A DNA stretch of 64,000 bases from Octopus vulgaris (taxonomy: Eukaryota). Shown in pieces: positions 28,284 through 40,874 of the stretch (the stretch's first letter is position 1; every line of letters starts with the position of its first letter). Below the pieces are notes generated by a model, which worked only from the letters and a program-made list of their open reading frames with translations, had not been told where the DNA came from and searched no databases. A program made the position numbers and the translations under genes. The stretch lies in NCBI GenBank assembly GCA_951406725.2, contig OX597815.1, positions 116,250,001 through 116,314,000 of the forward strand. Reading direction: 5' to 3'.

Positions 28284-28926
28284 AGACAATACGAAGAGCG
28301 CGATGCGATTGCAATAGATATTTTATTGGTTGAACGATATTTCGACAACTAGTGTGTCTTTGTCGAGTGTCGAGTTCAAAATGAAAAGTGATAAAAATTC
28401 AAAATTATAGAAATTCAAATCCAAAATATGAACAAGAGCAACCAGCGTCCCCACGTTGATGGAATGGCAAAAAAAAAAAAAAAGAGAAAGAGAAAAAAAG
28501 AAAAGGAAAAGAAGAATATTTAATCAAACAGTTTTGTGTAAATATGATGAAATTCTCCTGTCATTTTATTCATTCCTCCAGGGCGTGATGTTAATAACCC
28601 GCAAACATATTTCTCCTCATGCATTTTGAGTATTGAAAGAGTAACATATTCGGAATATTTTCTGAGAATATGCACTTTCAAGTCTTTTTCAAAAATTGCA
28701 GCCGTCTGATGTAAAATGTTCGGCAAGTTCTGTCGAACTACTCTTATTGTGCCTGACCTCATATCTGTGCCCATTGAATCTTTTGTTTAATTGTTCTGTT
28801 GTACAACCAACATAAATCAAGTTGTGTTTGGTGCGTTTTGAACTCGACAAAGACATGCTAGCTATCAAAATATCGTTCAACCAGTAAAATATCTATCGTA
28901 ATCGCATCGCACTCTTCGTATTGTCT
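28284..28926 (-). mobile_element. 5'-truncated Penelope-like element (GIY-YIG C-terminus) with an inverted terminal duplication
   Basis: NLIYVGCTTEQLNKRFNGHR...ELAEHF and KDLKVHIL...EEKYVCGLLTSRPGGMN. 28284-28382 is inverted at 28836-28926. Confidence 0.85.
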
Positions 28927-29628
28927 GACAACAACAACAAAATATCCGATTCTCTTAAAATTCTTTCAAAAATCGGAATATTACAAATTTGATAAAGAGT
29001 TTTAGTTCTCAGAATCTGGTCTCTTTTACCTAAAATATATCATTACTAACCATAAATAACTCTCATTCTAAAATTTCTGAATTGCTGTTATTTGAGGTCA
29101 CTGGGTAAGATTTGGGACAGCTCGTATAGAAAAAAAAGCAAACACAACAAAAATAATTATTATTATTTAAAAAACAAATTATAATGTTATAATGAAAAGC
29201 CATATAGTTGACTGCATATTGTTGGTAATTATTTCGTCTGCTTCAACTGAAATCATGAAACGGTTGTACATTTCCCCCATCCATCCCTTCGTCTGAACAA
29301 AAATATCATTTAATAATATCACTCTTGCTTTTAGGAAACGGAGAAATGAATGGGTTGAACGAATTATAAGTCAATACTGTACAGAACGGAGCGTGTAAAA
29401 CGATGTGTGTGGGTGGGGTTGGGGGACAGTGGATATCCATGTTTTAGATCAACAAGAGTGTGGCGTTGGATACAGAGACACAGGCGCTTGCTGTGTATTA
29501 GCCAAGTCAAAATCAAATTAACTCTTATTATTCATATTTCACGCTTGAGATGCTTATTGCTATTGTGTTTGCGACAGTTTCATTTGAGTTTACGTAGCAT
29601 GAAGTCTATCTATCTATTTATCTATCTG

Positions 29629-29695
<67 letters not shown>

Positions 29696-29803
29696 GTCTA
29701 TCTGTCTATCTATCTATCTATCTATCTATATATATATATATATATCTGTCTGTCTGTGTGTCTCTGTCTCTCTTTCTCTTTCTTTCTACCTGTGTGTATA
29801 TGC

Positions 29804-29860
<57 letters not shown>

Positions 29861-29973
29861 CACACACATATACACAAACATATATGTCTATCGGTTTGGA
29901 TATGTAGCCATCTATTTACCAATTAATCTACCTATCACTCTGTGTGCGGGCGTGTGTGTGTGTGTGTGCAGGC

Positions 29974-30027
<54 letters not shown>

Positions 30028-30122
30028 CTAACTGAAATTTACAGAAAAACAAAAGACGAAGACAGGTGTATAAACAACAAACAGGTGTATTAGTTTAATG
30101 CTCGGGAAGGTGAGCGTATATA

Positions 30123-30148
<26 letters not shown>

Positions 30149-30153
<5 letters not shown>

Positions 30154-30919
30154 ATATAAGAGAATGGTCACTATGTGGCTCATTCTAGCACTAGAAAATC
30201 CAAAAGGTTTCAACCACAAAAATACATGTTTCCCGTGAAAGTCAGTACGATTGTTAGCTCACACGAACAGGGCAAATAAAAAATAACAAAAATACAGATT
30301 ATTTTGGGACAATTGTTTCGCTATTAACGAATTAAATGTAATTTTACTTACAAAAAACCCACTTGTAGCTCCTCGGCCAAAACTATCTGGATGAAATCCA
30401 CTCAATCACACGCCAGATTTTACCATAACGATAAATACACGTGTGGTTCAATTGATTACATCCGACGTTATAATTCAAATGCCCCTACTAACAGCGCGCC
30501 AAACTTTCATGGAAACAAATACCACATTTAGAAATAAATGTAGCATAATTATAATTAATTAATAAGGGTGAGAGAATTAGATACTATATCTATTCAACAC
30601 CAAGTGGCCCAGTGCTTCGAGAAACCTGGATTATTATAATATTTTATTATATATTATTATATTTTATACAAAAATAAATATAAGAGAATGGTCACTATGT
30701 GGCTCATTCTAGCACTAGAAAATCCAAAAGGTTGAAACCTTTTGGATTGTCTAGTGCTAGAATGAGCCACATAGTGACCATTCTCTTATATTTATTTTTG
30801 TATAAAATATTATAATATATAATAAAATATTATAATAATCCAGGTTTCTCGAAGCACTGGGCCACTTGGTGTTGAATAGATATAGTATCTTATTCTCTCA
30901 CCCTTATTAATTAATTATA
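30149..30919 (-). mobile_element. Non-coding hammerhead-bearing unit with a 524-bp periodic direct repeat and a fold-back end (retrozyme/PLE-like)
   Basis: An approximately 60-bp direct repeat at 30151 and 30675, a palindrome at 30550-30919 and a hammerhead at 30295-30389. Confidence 0.75.
30295..30389 (-). ncRNA. Type I hammerhead ribozyme (U4C core variant)
   Basis: Minus strand: cagauagUUUUGG CCGAGGA GCUA-(42 nt)-UAGC GAAA CAAUUG UC CCAAAAuaaucug. Confidence 0.7.
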
Positions 30920-30957
30920 TATAATATATATATATATTATATATATATATATATATA

Positions 30958-31183
30958 CTCTCTTTTACTCTTTTACTTGTTTCAGTCATTTGACTGCGGC
31001 CATGCTGGAGCACCGCCTTTAGTCAAGCAAATCGATCTCCGGACTTATTCTTTAGAAGCCTAGTACCTATTTCATCGGTATATTTTGCCGAACCGCTAAG
31101 TTACGGGGACGTAAACACACCACCATCGGTTATCAAGCGATGTTGGGGGGACAAACACAGACACACAAACATATACACACACA

Positions 31184-31242
<59 letters not shown>

Positions 31243-31405
31243 CGACGGGCTTCTTTCAGTTTCCGTCTACCAAATCCACTCACAAGGCTTTGGTTGTCCC
31301 GAGGGTATAGTAGAAGACACTTGCCCAAGGTGCCACACAGTGGGAATGAACCCGGAACCATGTGGTTGATAAGCAAGCTACTTACTGCACAGCCACTCCA
31401 GCACC
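30958..31405 (-). mobile_element. SINE family B
   Basis: Reverse complement of 13546-13930 with internal (TA)n. Confidence 0.9.
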
Positions 31406-31574
31406 TATATATATATATAAAACGTATAAATAAATTCATTAAAAACGTACATATATGCATATATACATATATATATATGTATATGTACCCATAGTATACA
31501 TGTATTCCTTATGTAGCGATATATGTATGTATAGACATTATTTAAATACATATACGCACACACACGACATACAA

Positions 31575-31641
<67 letters not shown>

Positions 31642-31740
31642 TCTGTGTGTGTGTGCGCGCGCGTACGTGTGTGTGTACTCGTTATGTGCAATAAAAGTAT
31701 TGTTAGTTCAAAATAGCAAATCTATGCATTATACTTAAAG

Positions 31741-33027
31741 TACGAGTGTACGTCGAAAATTATACGTACTTTTGTTTCTCTAATCTATTAAAAGGGTTGA
31801 ACAATTACATCATTTTTCAACAATCATCTTCCTTTTCGATGCACTTCATCCTGCGGTCTACAAGCTTCCATTGGAGAAGGTTTTTGGTTGGTTACGTAAC
31901 CATTTATGGACCACTTCTTCGTCAAAGTGATCACAGTCGGAAGGAGCAAGATCTGGACCGTACACAGGGTGTCCCAGCAACTCGAAATCCAATTTTTCAA
32001 TGGCTTCAACGGTGTGGACAGCTGTATATGGGCATTCGTTGTCGTGCAACAGTAACACCTGCTTTGACAATAAACCTCAGCGTTTGATACGAATTGCTGA
32101 TTTCAAATTTTTAGGCCATCGCATCACTGTAGCCTACACTGTCGACTGTAGACCCCCTTTCCAGGTAATGTTCCAGTAAAGGCCTTTTTGCATCCCCAAA
32201 ACCAGTTAGCATCACTTTTTCTGCGGAAGGTTGAGTCTTGAATTTCTTTTTCGCTGGCAATTCCGGCTGTTTCCACTCCATGCTCTGCTTTCTAGATTCT
32301 GGCTCAAAGAAATGGATCCAGGTCTTATTTTCTGGGATTCTTATCTCCAAAAAATACTTCACCTTCATCGTTGTAGCGGCCAAGTAATTATAGGCAGATC
32401 ACCACACTATTGCGTTTATGCACTTCGGTAGGCTCTCTTGACACCCATCTCGCACAGACTTTATTGTATCGATGATTTCGTATGCAGAACAATGACTAAT
32501 TTACAGAGAACTTGCCACCACATCGAGATGCTATCTCGAGACAAATACCGTAGTTTACCAAGCTTTCCCCGGTATATTACGTCTATCCAAGTATGCTGCA
32601 CAGAAGATAGCATCGGTAATCGCTCGAGCTTCTTGAGTTTTCACGTCAATGGTGGAGGTTGATGGGGGTCCTGCTCCCTCTTTGTGCTTTATGCTTGTCC
32701 AACCATTTTTAAAATTCTTGATCCACTCATGCACACTTCAATACGGTAGAGTGCTATCTCCGTATTGTACGGGAAACCTGCGATGAATTTCAGCCCCTGA
32801 CACAACTTTAGACCAGAGAAATCGGATCACTGATATCTGTTCTTCATGCACACTGCCAAATGAGCGGCTGTGTTTACTCTGTAACACAAGAAAAAGAACA
32901 TGAAATGATCAAAGTCAAACCTCGGTTCCTGAACCACAAGAGTATCGTACGCGAGCATTGAAGGCAGCGTGGCCAACTTAAAGAAAGTTTTGGTGAAAGT
33001 GCGGATAATTTTTTACTTTCCCTACTA
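31741..33027 (-). mobile_element. Old mariner transposon (different family), degraded transposase
   Basis: Motifs KVCARWVSRE, KTWIHFFEPESRKQSMEW, LLHDN and YGPDLAPSD. Degenerate TIRs at 31741 and about 32996-33027. Confidence 0.9.
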
Positions 33028-33323
33028 TTTACACCGTGGAGAACCAGGTAAACTACGGTAGTCGTCTCGAAAAATTATGTCTTAAAGACATACAGTGCTT
33101 AACAAATAGAAATATATCACTAGCAGACGAAAATCGTCCAGTAGCGGTTTTACGTATTTCTGCCTCTTTGAACTTCATCAGTAGCAAGTACCCTCTAGCA
33201 ACTGCTCGTTATGAATTTTAATCTAGCTTGATGGCTAATTGCGTCGGGAGTGGTTTTTTAATCACTGTTCTTCTATAACAGTTGAAGTCAACTTTGTCTT
33301 AGCACGCAGTTGCTAGTGGAAAC

Positions 33324-33368
33324 TTGCTACTGATGAAGCTCAAAGATGATGAAATGCGCATTTAGCAA
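33324..33368 (+). ncRNA. Minimal type I hammerhead motif with weak stem II
   Basis: UUGCUA CUGAUGA agcucaaagaugau GAAA UGCGCA UU UAGCAA: a perfect 6-bp stem I and palindromic stem III AUGCGCAU. Confidence 0.6.
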
Positions 33369-33601
33369 TGCCATCACCACTGCTAAGTGATTTTGTGATT
33401 TAATGGAACCTAATTACATCAATATGTTGGACACGCCAGAAATAGCTAGGTACGATAACATAGAGTTCACAGCGAGGTACACAATATGGAATTAAGTGTT
33501 GGCAGGATACCGTAGATATGTAAGTACGAAATCCAATTTAAACCGTAGAGTCGACTCCGCTGTTGGTTCCAGGTGAGACGTAGATATAAAGTGAACGCAA
33601 C

Positions 33602-33823
33602 TGGCGTTTAAAGTTTACGACACCTGTTTTGGTAGAATTTCATTTATGCATTCATAGATTACATCATAACATATTCGTCATGTTCGATGTACGAAATCTC
33701 ACCTGTTCGACGTCATACCTGTTTAAAATTTTAACCGAAGATGGTAGACGACATGTTATGATGCAATTTATGAATAGATAATTAAAATTCTATCGAAAAA
33801 GCTGTCTTAAATTTCAAACGCCA
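33602..33823. repeat. Imperfect inverted repeat (arms of about 78 bp), MITE-like
   Basis: TGGCGTTTAAAGTTT...CATCATAACATATTCGTC pairs with GACGACATGTTATGATG...AAATTTCAAACGCCA. Confidence 0.75.
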
Positions 33824-33989
33824 TTTGTTTTCTCTTCTGTGCATCATACTTGATGCATATATACCGGAGAAAGCTTGGTAAACTACAGTATTTGTCTCGA
33901 GATAGCATCTCTTACAAACGTATATATAGTATCAAAATCACAGAAATATATGATTACTTTTAATAACTTTGATAGGTTTCGGCCAGTAT

Positions 33990-34405
33990 AGGTCCAGACC
34001 ATATCAAACTTAATAGCACCACCTGGTGAACTCTTTTAGTCATATATGGGGCACCATGGCCCACTCTATGAACGAGTTATTATTGTTGGAGAATATCCGG
34101 GTGAAGGAGGTTGGTCCGGGATTTTTTGAAGAAATTTGCCCGGCGAACTTTTGAATTTCATGGGATATGTTTCCGTTTTGACGTATTTTGGTATGATATT
34201 AAAGAGAGCTGCACCAGCTAAAGTAGTTGTGGCGTATTGTTGTTATGTATCCTGAGTTCGATTTTTTATAGTGGGCGGATTAGCACGGTCTTGGGTGGAT
34301 TATAAAATTGATGCCAACATTTGTGGCAACATTGATGGAATATTTCCCACATCACACAAATGATCTAGCGTTACCGGCGGCGTTGGGGAGAGTATATAGC
34401 TTGCC
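33990..34405 (-). pseudogene. CR1/L2-group LINE ORF2 C-terminal relic
   Basis: The minus-strand translation gives a YSLQRRR-like segment, then FNIIPKYVK and FLQKIPDQPPSPGY. Confidence 0.6.
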
Positions 34406-34871
34406 TAAAGATCTTGTCTACCCACAGGTGAAACACAGAGTACCTACAGACTGACTCAACCAAGATGAATATTATCAATCTCTACTATTGTACTCAGTAC
34501 ACTTTTTCTTCCGACCGTTAATACTAAACGAAGGGAAAATATGAATAAAAAAAGAAAGCGTGGTTAAAGAATCAAGGTAAGGGAAGTAAGAGTTGTGTCC
34601 CCTTGATCCGTTAACATTATTTAAACTAGTTATTGACATTTCTCGTTTTAACCAATCAACGGGACACAACTCCTACCTACATGCTTTTCTTCTTTATTTA
34701 GTGTTTTCTCGCTTTCTTCTAGCTCTTTCTCGCTTTTACTCAGTGGCCAGCTGTAATACATTTTGAGACGGAAAGGCCACCCGATAATATGCAGCACGCT
34801 GTGCAGGTTCTATCACAAGCATGAAACTTGTAGCAGCTCGCATTTAAATCCTGTGTACATTAACTTACATC

Positions 34872-34943
<72 letters not shown>

Positions 34944-35313
34944 ACAACAACAACAACAAAAACAATGACAACATTTAACTTCTATTTTTCATTCTGGCAT
35001 GGGTTGAACTGCTTAGAAGGACTCGGCGAGCCGTGGGGCAGCGTGGTGTTCCGATGTCCCCTTTAGCATGTCTTCTACAGCTGGATGCCTTTTCTAATGC
35101 CAACCATTTAACAGAGTAAACTGGATGCCTTTCTCGCGCCACCAACACTCAGGAGGTTCCTTGCAATTCAAGAAAAGAAAGGGAAGAAAAAAAGGCAAAA
35201 GCCTCCCCCGCTAAACAGAAGGGTTGGCAAGAGAGATAAGGCGTTGAGAGACCAGAGGGGGGCGGAAAAATAGGCTTAGATGTCTTGCAGTTGAAATATC
35301 CAAGATATAACGG

Positions 35314-35374
<61 letters not shown>

Positions 35375-35429
35375 TGTATCGTTGTATGGACTATGGTCCA
35401 TACAACGATACAGTGATATATACATGATG

Positions 35430-35995
35430 TTATACACCGCTGGTCACAATGCGCTTCCAATTCAGTCTTGATTGCGTCACTCTTTTCCATCTTCGCCCAA
35501 ATTGCTTAACTAAATCGTCTTTCCATCTTCGTGGAGGCCTTCAAAGTGGCTTTTTCCAATCTCTTGGATCCACCATTTGTCTGTGAACCACGTGGCACGT
35601 CAGATCCAGCGGAACTTGTGCTTTCGGTACTGTACGATTACATCGTTCACTCCGCTCCGTTCTTGAATTATCTCATTTCGAATATGCTCTTGTAATGATA
35701 ATCCTAGCATGGATCCTTCCATGGGCCTCTGCATCTTAGCAAATTAATATTCTATCCTCTCTTTAGTAGCCCACGTCTCACTTGCATACAATAGCGCAAG
35801 TGGGACGGTGCTATTAAAGAGTCTGGCACGTATGGCATTGTCTAGCTTTGTTACGAATACATCCTTTATTGAGTTCAATGCCTTCCATCCTGCCCTTATT
35901 CTCTATGAGATTACAGTATCCATATCTCAGCGCATATTTACTTTGTGCCCTAAGTAGACGTAATCCTGTACCTCCTCAATTTCACCGCTTCCAAC
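35430..35995 (-). pseudogene. RTE LINE C-terminal relic (a second RTE lineage)
   Basis: IEEVQDYVYLGHKV...RIRAGWKA...LFNSTV...YASETWA...HIRNEIIQERSGV. Confidence 0.85.
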
Positions 35996-36109
35996 CTCTG
36001 TTCCTTATCAGCGGCTGAATTCAAAAAGCCATTATGTATATCTTAATTAACGTGGCTATACAGTAGAAAGCCACAAAACTGCGGTATGCGTCCCGAGAAA
36101 ACATTTTTT

Positions 36110-36763
36110 TATGTTCTGAGTTCAAATTCCGCCGAGGTCGACTTTGCTTTTCCTCCTTTCTGGGTCGATAAACTAAGTACTAGTTGCGTACTGGGGTCGA
36201 TCTACTAATCGACTGCACCCCCTCTCCAAAAACTTCGAGCCTTGTGCCTAGAGTAGAAAAGAATATTTCGTTATTATCCACTGAAGCAGTCTTTTTGGCA
36301 CAATACACTATGTTACATTGAACTAATACTGAGGGAAGTTATCTTGAGTTATGCCTCTTATGTTTACAAACGTCTGATTCAGTTGTGAGACAATACAAAC
36401 TTGATGTAAGGCGGCGAGCTGGCAGAAACGTTAGCACGCCGGGCGAAATTCGTAGCCGTATTTCGTCTGCTGCTACGTTCTGAGTTCAAATTCCGCCGAG
36501 GTCGACTTTGCCTTTCATCCTTTCGGGTTCGATAAATTAAGGACCAGTTACGCACTGGGGTCGATATAATAGACTTAATCCGTTTGTCTGTCCTTGTTTG
36601 TCCCCTCTGTGTTTAGCCCCTTGTGGGTAGTAAAGAAATAGGTATTTCGTCTGTCTTTATGTTCTGAGTTCAAATTCCACCGAGGTTGACTTTGCCTTTC
36701 ATCTAATCGACTGGCCCCACTTCCCAAAAGGTTTCGGGCCTTGTACCCACAGTAGAAAAGAAT
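36110..36763 (+). mobile_element. SINE family A copies
   Basis: Copies at 36110-36263 and 36410-36763. These are the last strongly CpG-retaining copies in the window. Confidence 0.88.
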
Positions 36764-37320
36764 ACAAGCCTGATTTAGGGTTGCTATGTGTATAGGGTAG
36801 GGGTTTGGAGTTGGAATTGGGCGGGTGGCCGAACTTTCCACTACATGTTTGGGTATATATGCGTACGCACATATGTATGCGCAATCGTACATACAATAAT
36901 ACGGACGTACACAAATATATATACAGACTAGATACATACGTACATATATACGAACAGCCGTATGTATATAATGTGACTAAATACGTCCGTGCATATGTAC
37001 ATATGTATACATATGTGCAGACGTGCATAAAGACATACGTGCTTTTTCACGTGAAGAAACACGTACATTCACATGAACAGGCGTACTTACGAACATGTAC
37101 ATACGTATATACATACGTGCATACGGGCATAGTGATGTACGTAAAGACATGCATGCCTACGTATAGACATACGTGCGACATAAGTATATACCTATGTGCA
37201 TGCACATACGACTGTAAGTAGATATGTATGTGCATATGTACATACATATCTACTTTCAGGCGTATATACCATTTGTACGTACGCACGTACGCATATACGT
37301 ATTTACATTAATTTCCCATA

Positions 37321-37364
<44 letters not shown>

Positions 37365-37492
37365 TACACACACGCACACAACAAAAGCTATTGTAGGGTT
37401 GGCATAAGAGGCCAGGTTTGACCAGTTTGAACATAAAACAACCAGAATACTTTGGCTGGATACAGCCAGTTTAAATGCTAAAGGGACATACA

Positions 37493-37523
<31 letters not shown>

Positions 37524-37953
37524 GTCGCATTATGTAGATGAACTGAATGTATGTATGTATGTATGTATGTATGTATGTATGTATGTATGCATGCATGTAT
37601 GTATGTATTGTATGTCTTTGAAGAGTTGTACTACTGAAGGATTTTACACAAGAGGAAGACAGTATTATGGCCTCTAGACAGATATAAAGGTTAACTATGA
37701 CTAATCTAGATTAATGGCTAAGAAGTGCTTATGACCCAACAGAGGCACTATTTACTAGGATATAGTGACCTAATTTATAGCATAGTTGTATCTGTAGAAA
37801 GTTTACATATTCAATGCCAGTGTTATGACAAATTGAGTAAAGGTCACTTTATAATAAATAATGCTAATACCTATGGGTTAGATAAATGTGGCACTCTCTT
37901 CCTTCAATTGTCACAGCTTTGATGTTCAGCTGGATCAAGAGTGTGAGAGTCAA

Positions 37954-38003
<50 letters not shown>

Positions 38004-39370
38004 ACGCGCATGCGTGTTTGTGTGTGTGCTTGTTTATGCATGCCTTCTCATGACTACATAAGAACCTTAACAAAAGTAAAATAAAATGCATGGTAACAAC
38101 AAAATTTGTTATTACCAACTCAAACTCAAGTCATGGTTGAGTGTGGGATTGTTTTGATGATAGCCAGAAGAAGAGAAACATGTAAGCTAAAGCATACAGC
38201 AAATAGCAAACTCCATTCACAAGAGCATGAAGGTGACTGTTGACTACTCATCCAAACAGCCCAACTAATAACCACCTTGTCTTGATACTGTACTATGTAC
38301 TATGACTAAAATCTATTAGAGACATGGAACAACCTTTCCATTTTCACTATATGAAACCTATAGCCACTAAGCTCCTTGTGCCTCAGAACTCTTTCATAAC
38401 AACAGATGCTAAAAGTTGACATCCTGACAGCAAATCTAGAATGGCTGATGAGAAATGTATTCTTTATATCTCTATTCAGTGAAATGAGAAGGCATGGACA
38501 GGATTTCATCCTATACATACAGTTCTCTGGATAAAATCACTCAGATCAAACCAGAGTGTATAGAGAAGCCAAAAAAAGTTTCAAGACAAACATTGATAAC
38601 GATATAAATGGAATACTTCCATCCCATATCAGAGCTAACTCTGTAACAAGCTAGACGAAACAGTCTCATAATGTGACAGTAACAGATTCCAAGAAGTGAT
38701 GCTCATCAATTCTACACCCAGATGTTAGTTAGCTCAGAAATTTAGATTAGGACTACATGAAGTGAAAATTAAAATATCAAAGTAATCCTCCTCCTGCTCC
38801 TCATCCTCATCATCATCATCGTCATCGTTGTCATCATCATCATCTTTTAATGTCCATCTTCTACACTGGTACGGGTTGGACAGTTTGATAGGATTTGACT
38901 GATCTGAGAACTGCACAATGCTCCTATGTCTGTTTTTGGTATGGTTTCTACAGCTGGATGTTCTTCTTGATGCCAATCACTTCACAAAGTGTACTGGGTG
39001 CCTTTGATTTTGTAACCATGCATCTTGTAAGACTAGGACCCCCTTCATCTGAGTGGAGCTACAGAAGAGAGAGAAGAGGCTTTATGCTAGAAAATGATAG
39101 ATTAAATTTTTAAAAAAGGAACCAAAACAGAGCTTGTTTCTTGCTGTAGAAGAGCTTCATGGTTACTCGTGTCACAGAAGAGTTGATGGAAGTGAGTAGA
39201 GACAAGAGGACAATGAGTGTGGGTGTGTAAAAGCTGCAAGAGAGTATGAGGTGAGTGAAAGAGTGTCAAATACAGTGAATGGGGAAGAGGAAGAATATAA
39301 TGAATGAAGAACAAGAGTTGAGTAATAGAAAAGAAAAAAGCAGGTAGATTTATTCAGCCTATATTATATA

Positions 39371-39908
39371 CTAGCTTAAAAGCAACACTCCATGTGGGCT
39401 TTTAAGCTGGCTCCTGTGGTGGGCTAATTGGGCGTGAGGACTAAAACTAAAGGGAGCTAAATAGCATGACTATAATATGTCTAAAATGACTATATGCCCC
39501 AGTGGTGTTTGATCAGAGGATAAGGATGGATAAGAATTAATTCTGTAATGCAATCATTCTATTATTCTAGCCCCAAGTTGAATTTCAGCTGTTGGCCAAT
39601 TTGTTCCAAAGTTCTTATCTTGATAAAGCAAATGTCATTTATTTCCCCCTTGATCTCTGATGTCATCTGACAAACACCACCAAGATGATGTGAACCAGTC
39701 AAGCTTTACCTGATAGAAATAGCAACCCAAATGCTTTTAAATCAGATCTCAATGCTGGATGTTTAAGATCGAAATGAAGGGCAGATTTTCAATCCCAGAA
39801 TTATCCTGATTCCTAAAAAGTACAATATGTCTATGTAGAGCAAATGTAGGCTGAGATACAGGGGTCCCAAACGGACAGACAGAATTTAACTTTTATCATT
39901 ATAGAAGT
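39371..39908 (-). mobile_element. Helitron-like non-autonomous element
   Basis: The minus-strand 3' end has an 11-bp hairpin (AGCTTAAAAGC/GCTTTTAAGCT) finishing CTAG|T. The 5' end reads TTCTATAATGATAAAAG...CTGTCTGTCCG. Confidence 0.4.
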
Positions 39909-40473
39909 TATACTCTTTTAAAGAAAACCTCTACACTAATAACAACTGTTAAATGTGCATAACAAATCCAAAGATAAACTACAAAACTAAGTATGAAGTG
40001 TACCACTTGAGGTATGGGAAAGATTAGTATATGGACATCTCCACAGTCTATGCAGAAGAAACAGCCTGCATTATAAGAAAAAGAACAAAAAAACACTGGA
40101 ATCAATACAGCAAAAAGTAAGAGACATCCATACTCTATCAGCATGACACACAAAAACACAATGGCACTATAAACAATACTGAAATAAAAAAAAAATTTTG
40201 CCTTCATTTGAAAGATCTGACACTCTGACAGCTTACAGAAACAGTATACATACAGGAAGTCAGTCATGAACCCATACACATTGTCAATAAAAAGAATGAA
40301 TGAAGTGGCAACCATCTCACGACTACCATCCACTATTTCAGTGATATAAGAATAAGGATCAAATAAAAGTAAAGTTAACTAAAATCAATCACTACTCATA
40401 CATACACTAAACACAAACACACAAACCACAAACACATATAGCCTCAAACTACACCATATCTGTGTTTGGACAC

Positions 40474-40512
<39 letters not shown>

Positions 40513-40799
40513 ACACAAACTATGCAAGCTCATTCTTATACTATCACCAACAAAAACAGAAATAAGTAAATAAAAATATTAAATAAATAGAAAATAAAAA
40601 CAGACAATGAAAACAAAAGAATAATACAACAACACACTCACACATACACACAACACACATGTGGAGTGCACGTGCACACACACATACATGCTTTACAACA
40701 TACACATGAATGTCTGACAATATAGCAAACACCAGAAGGAATGACCACCACTTGCAAATGACACGAGTGTCAGCATCGATGATGGAGTAGTTTAAGGCA

Positions 40800-40874
40800 T
40801 CAAAAGCCAGCTACCAACGAAGTCTGTGAGAGATGCAACAGTGTGTTGAAATCTAATTGAAGGAATGACTGACG
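40800..40874 (-). CDS. Candidate terminal coding exon of an unidentified host gene (RQSFLQLDFNTLLHLSQTSLVAGF*)
   Basis: The acceptor CCTTTGTGTTCTGTATAG| is followed by 24 open codons to TGA and then non-repetitive UTR-like sequence. It lies in the CpG-depleted domain. Phase and identity are unverified. Confidence 0.35.
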   Translation of the reverse strand, partial: RQSFLQLDFNTLLHLSQTSLVAGF

